A DNA stretch of 64,000 bases, from IMG/VR virus record IMGVR_UViG_3300013981_000002; one strand, written 5' to 3'. The position numbers and the translations under genes are program-made. Positions 63,294 to 64,000 of the stretch are shown piece after piece. Source of the stretch: an uncultured virus (IMG/VR IMGVR_UViG_3300013981_000002) (Duplodnaviria; Heunggongvirae; Uroviricota; Caudoviricetes; Autographiviridae). The notes beneath the pieces were generated by a model that worked only from the letters and a program-made list of their open reading frames with translations, made no database searches and was not told the origin of the DNA. How positions within the stretch are numbered: the first letter of the stretch is position 1; each line of letters opens with the position of its first letter.

Positions 63294-64000
63294 AGCTTCA
63301 CTTCCTTGGTCTTGGGGTTGTAGTCGCCGTAGCGCAGGATTCGCGCGAGGCGTGCTTGGCGGATCGCATCGTGCTTCGACAGCGGCTCGGTGCCGCCGCG
63401 GGGGATGCGGGTGGTGTAGGTGGTGACGACGGTGTTCCACAGCGCGCCGAGGTGCTCCTCGACGGACGCATCGCGGTACGCCTCGTGGATGGGCATGAGC
63501 AGCTCATCCGCGCCCTTGTGGCCGATGCCGGGGAAGCCGGGGTAGTTGTCCACCTGGTCACCCGTGAGCACCTGCTTCATCCAGAACAGGTCAGCGTCGT
63601 GAGCCGAGATTGGCCGGACGCCCACGTCGGGACGGTTGGGGTTGTAGAGACGGATGCCGGGGATCGTCTGCATGTCCTTGTCGATGGACACGACGATGCG
63701 GCTGCCTGGCGCGCGCTTCGGATTCGGGTGCGAGGCCAGCAGCCCCAGCACGTCGTCACCTTCCAGGTTCTCGATCTCCACGATCTTGTCGCCGAACTCG
63801 TCGTAGACGAACTCGTCGAGCACGTACCACAGGGCAGGCTTGTCCTTGCTGGCACGGTTGAGCTTGTAGGTCGGGTCGATGTCCTTGCGGAAGTTGTGCT
63901 TCTTGCAGGACAGGGCCAGCAGGTAATCACGCGCGCCGAACTTCTCGACGATCTCGTCGATGTAGTCCTCCAGCTTCGCCTTCGCGCGCTCGGGCTGGAT
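63281..64000 (-). CDS. 5'-3' exonuclease (T7 gp6-like), 5' part outside window
   Basis: NFRK..YKLNR, LEGDDVLG, SIDKDMQTIPG, GDQVDNYPGFPGIG, QARLARILR. Confidence 0.93.
   Translation of the reverse strand: MQPERAKAKLEDYIDEIVEKFGARDYLLALSCKKHNFRKDIDPTYKLNRASKDKPALWYVLDEFVYDEFGDKIVEIENLEGDDVLGLLASHPNPKRAPGSRIVVSIDKDMQTIPGIRLYNPNRPDVGVRPISAHDADLFWMKQVLTGDQVDNYPGFPGIGHKGADELLMPIHEAYRDASVEEHLGALWNTVVTTYTTRIPRGGTEPLSKHDAIRQARLARILRYGDYNPKTKEVKLWKP

Larger units (their letters stand above)
31921..64000 (-). mobile_element. Integrated T7-like (Autographiviridae-type) podovirus prophage; continues beyond window
   Basis: T7-type exonuclease-portal-scaffold-capsid-tubeA/B-internal proteins-fibre-holin-terminase order, then early genes and integrase abutting tRNA-His; att core boundary approximate. 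Confidence 0.92.

Overview
High-GC (Xanthomonadaceae/Stenotrophomonas-like, by inference) chromosomal window made almost entirely of two back-to-back prophages integrated at neighbouring tRNA genes. (1) 1-31716: right part of an HK97/lambda-like siphovirus prophage on the + strand (replication remnants, Q-like antiterminator, holin/SAR endolysin/spanins, HNH, terminase, portal, ClpP protease, capsid, tail with an unusual gene order, CBM-rich fibre). It is followed by an accessory block (SRAP, Zn-ribbon, BLUF photoreceptor, proteasome-beta-like Ntn hydrolase, membrane protein) and ends in a duplicated 3' half of tRNA-Arg(TCT) with an IHF site (attR). (2) From tRNA-His (31887-31964) to beyond 64000: an integrated T7-like (Autographiviridae-type) podovirus on the - strand. 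It has a tyrosine integrase and a MarR-like regulator at the end of the early operon, strong sigma70 early promoters, a terminal-repeat-like junction at ~38.2-38.6 kb, three antisense moron genes (two paralogous 2-TM proteins and a stand-alone receiver), an HslV-like peptidase, lysis, terminase, fibres, internal virion proteins, tail tubes, capsid, scaffold, portal, dNMP kinase and exonuclease. No RNA polymerase gene lies in the window. The most notable signals are the temperate T7-like architecture, a DNA motif shared between the att arm and the early-promoter/terminal region, a candidate phage RNAP promoter, and proteasome-like proteins in both prophages. All protein assignments come from motifs and synteny recognised by eye; no searches were run.
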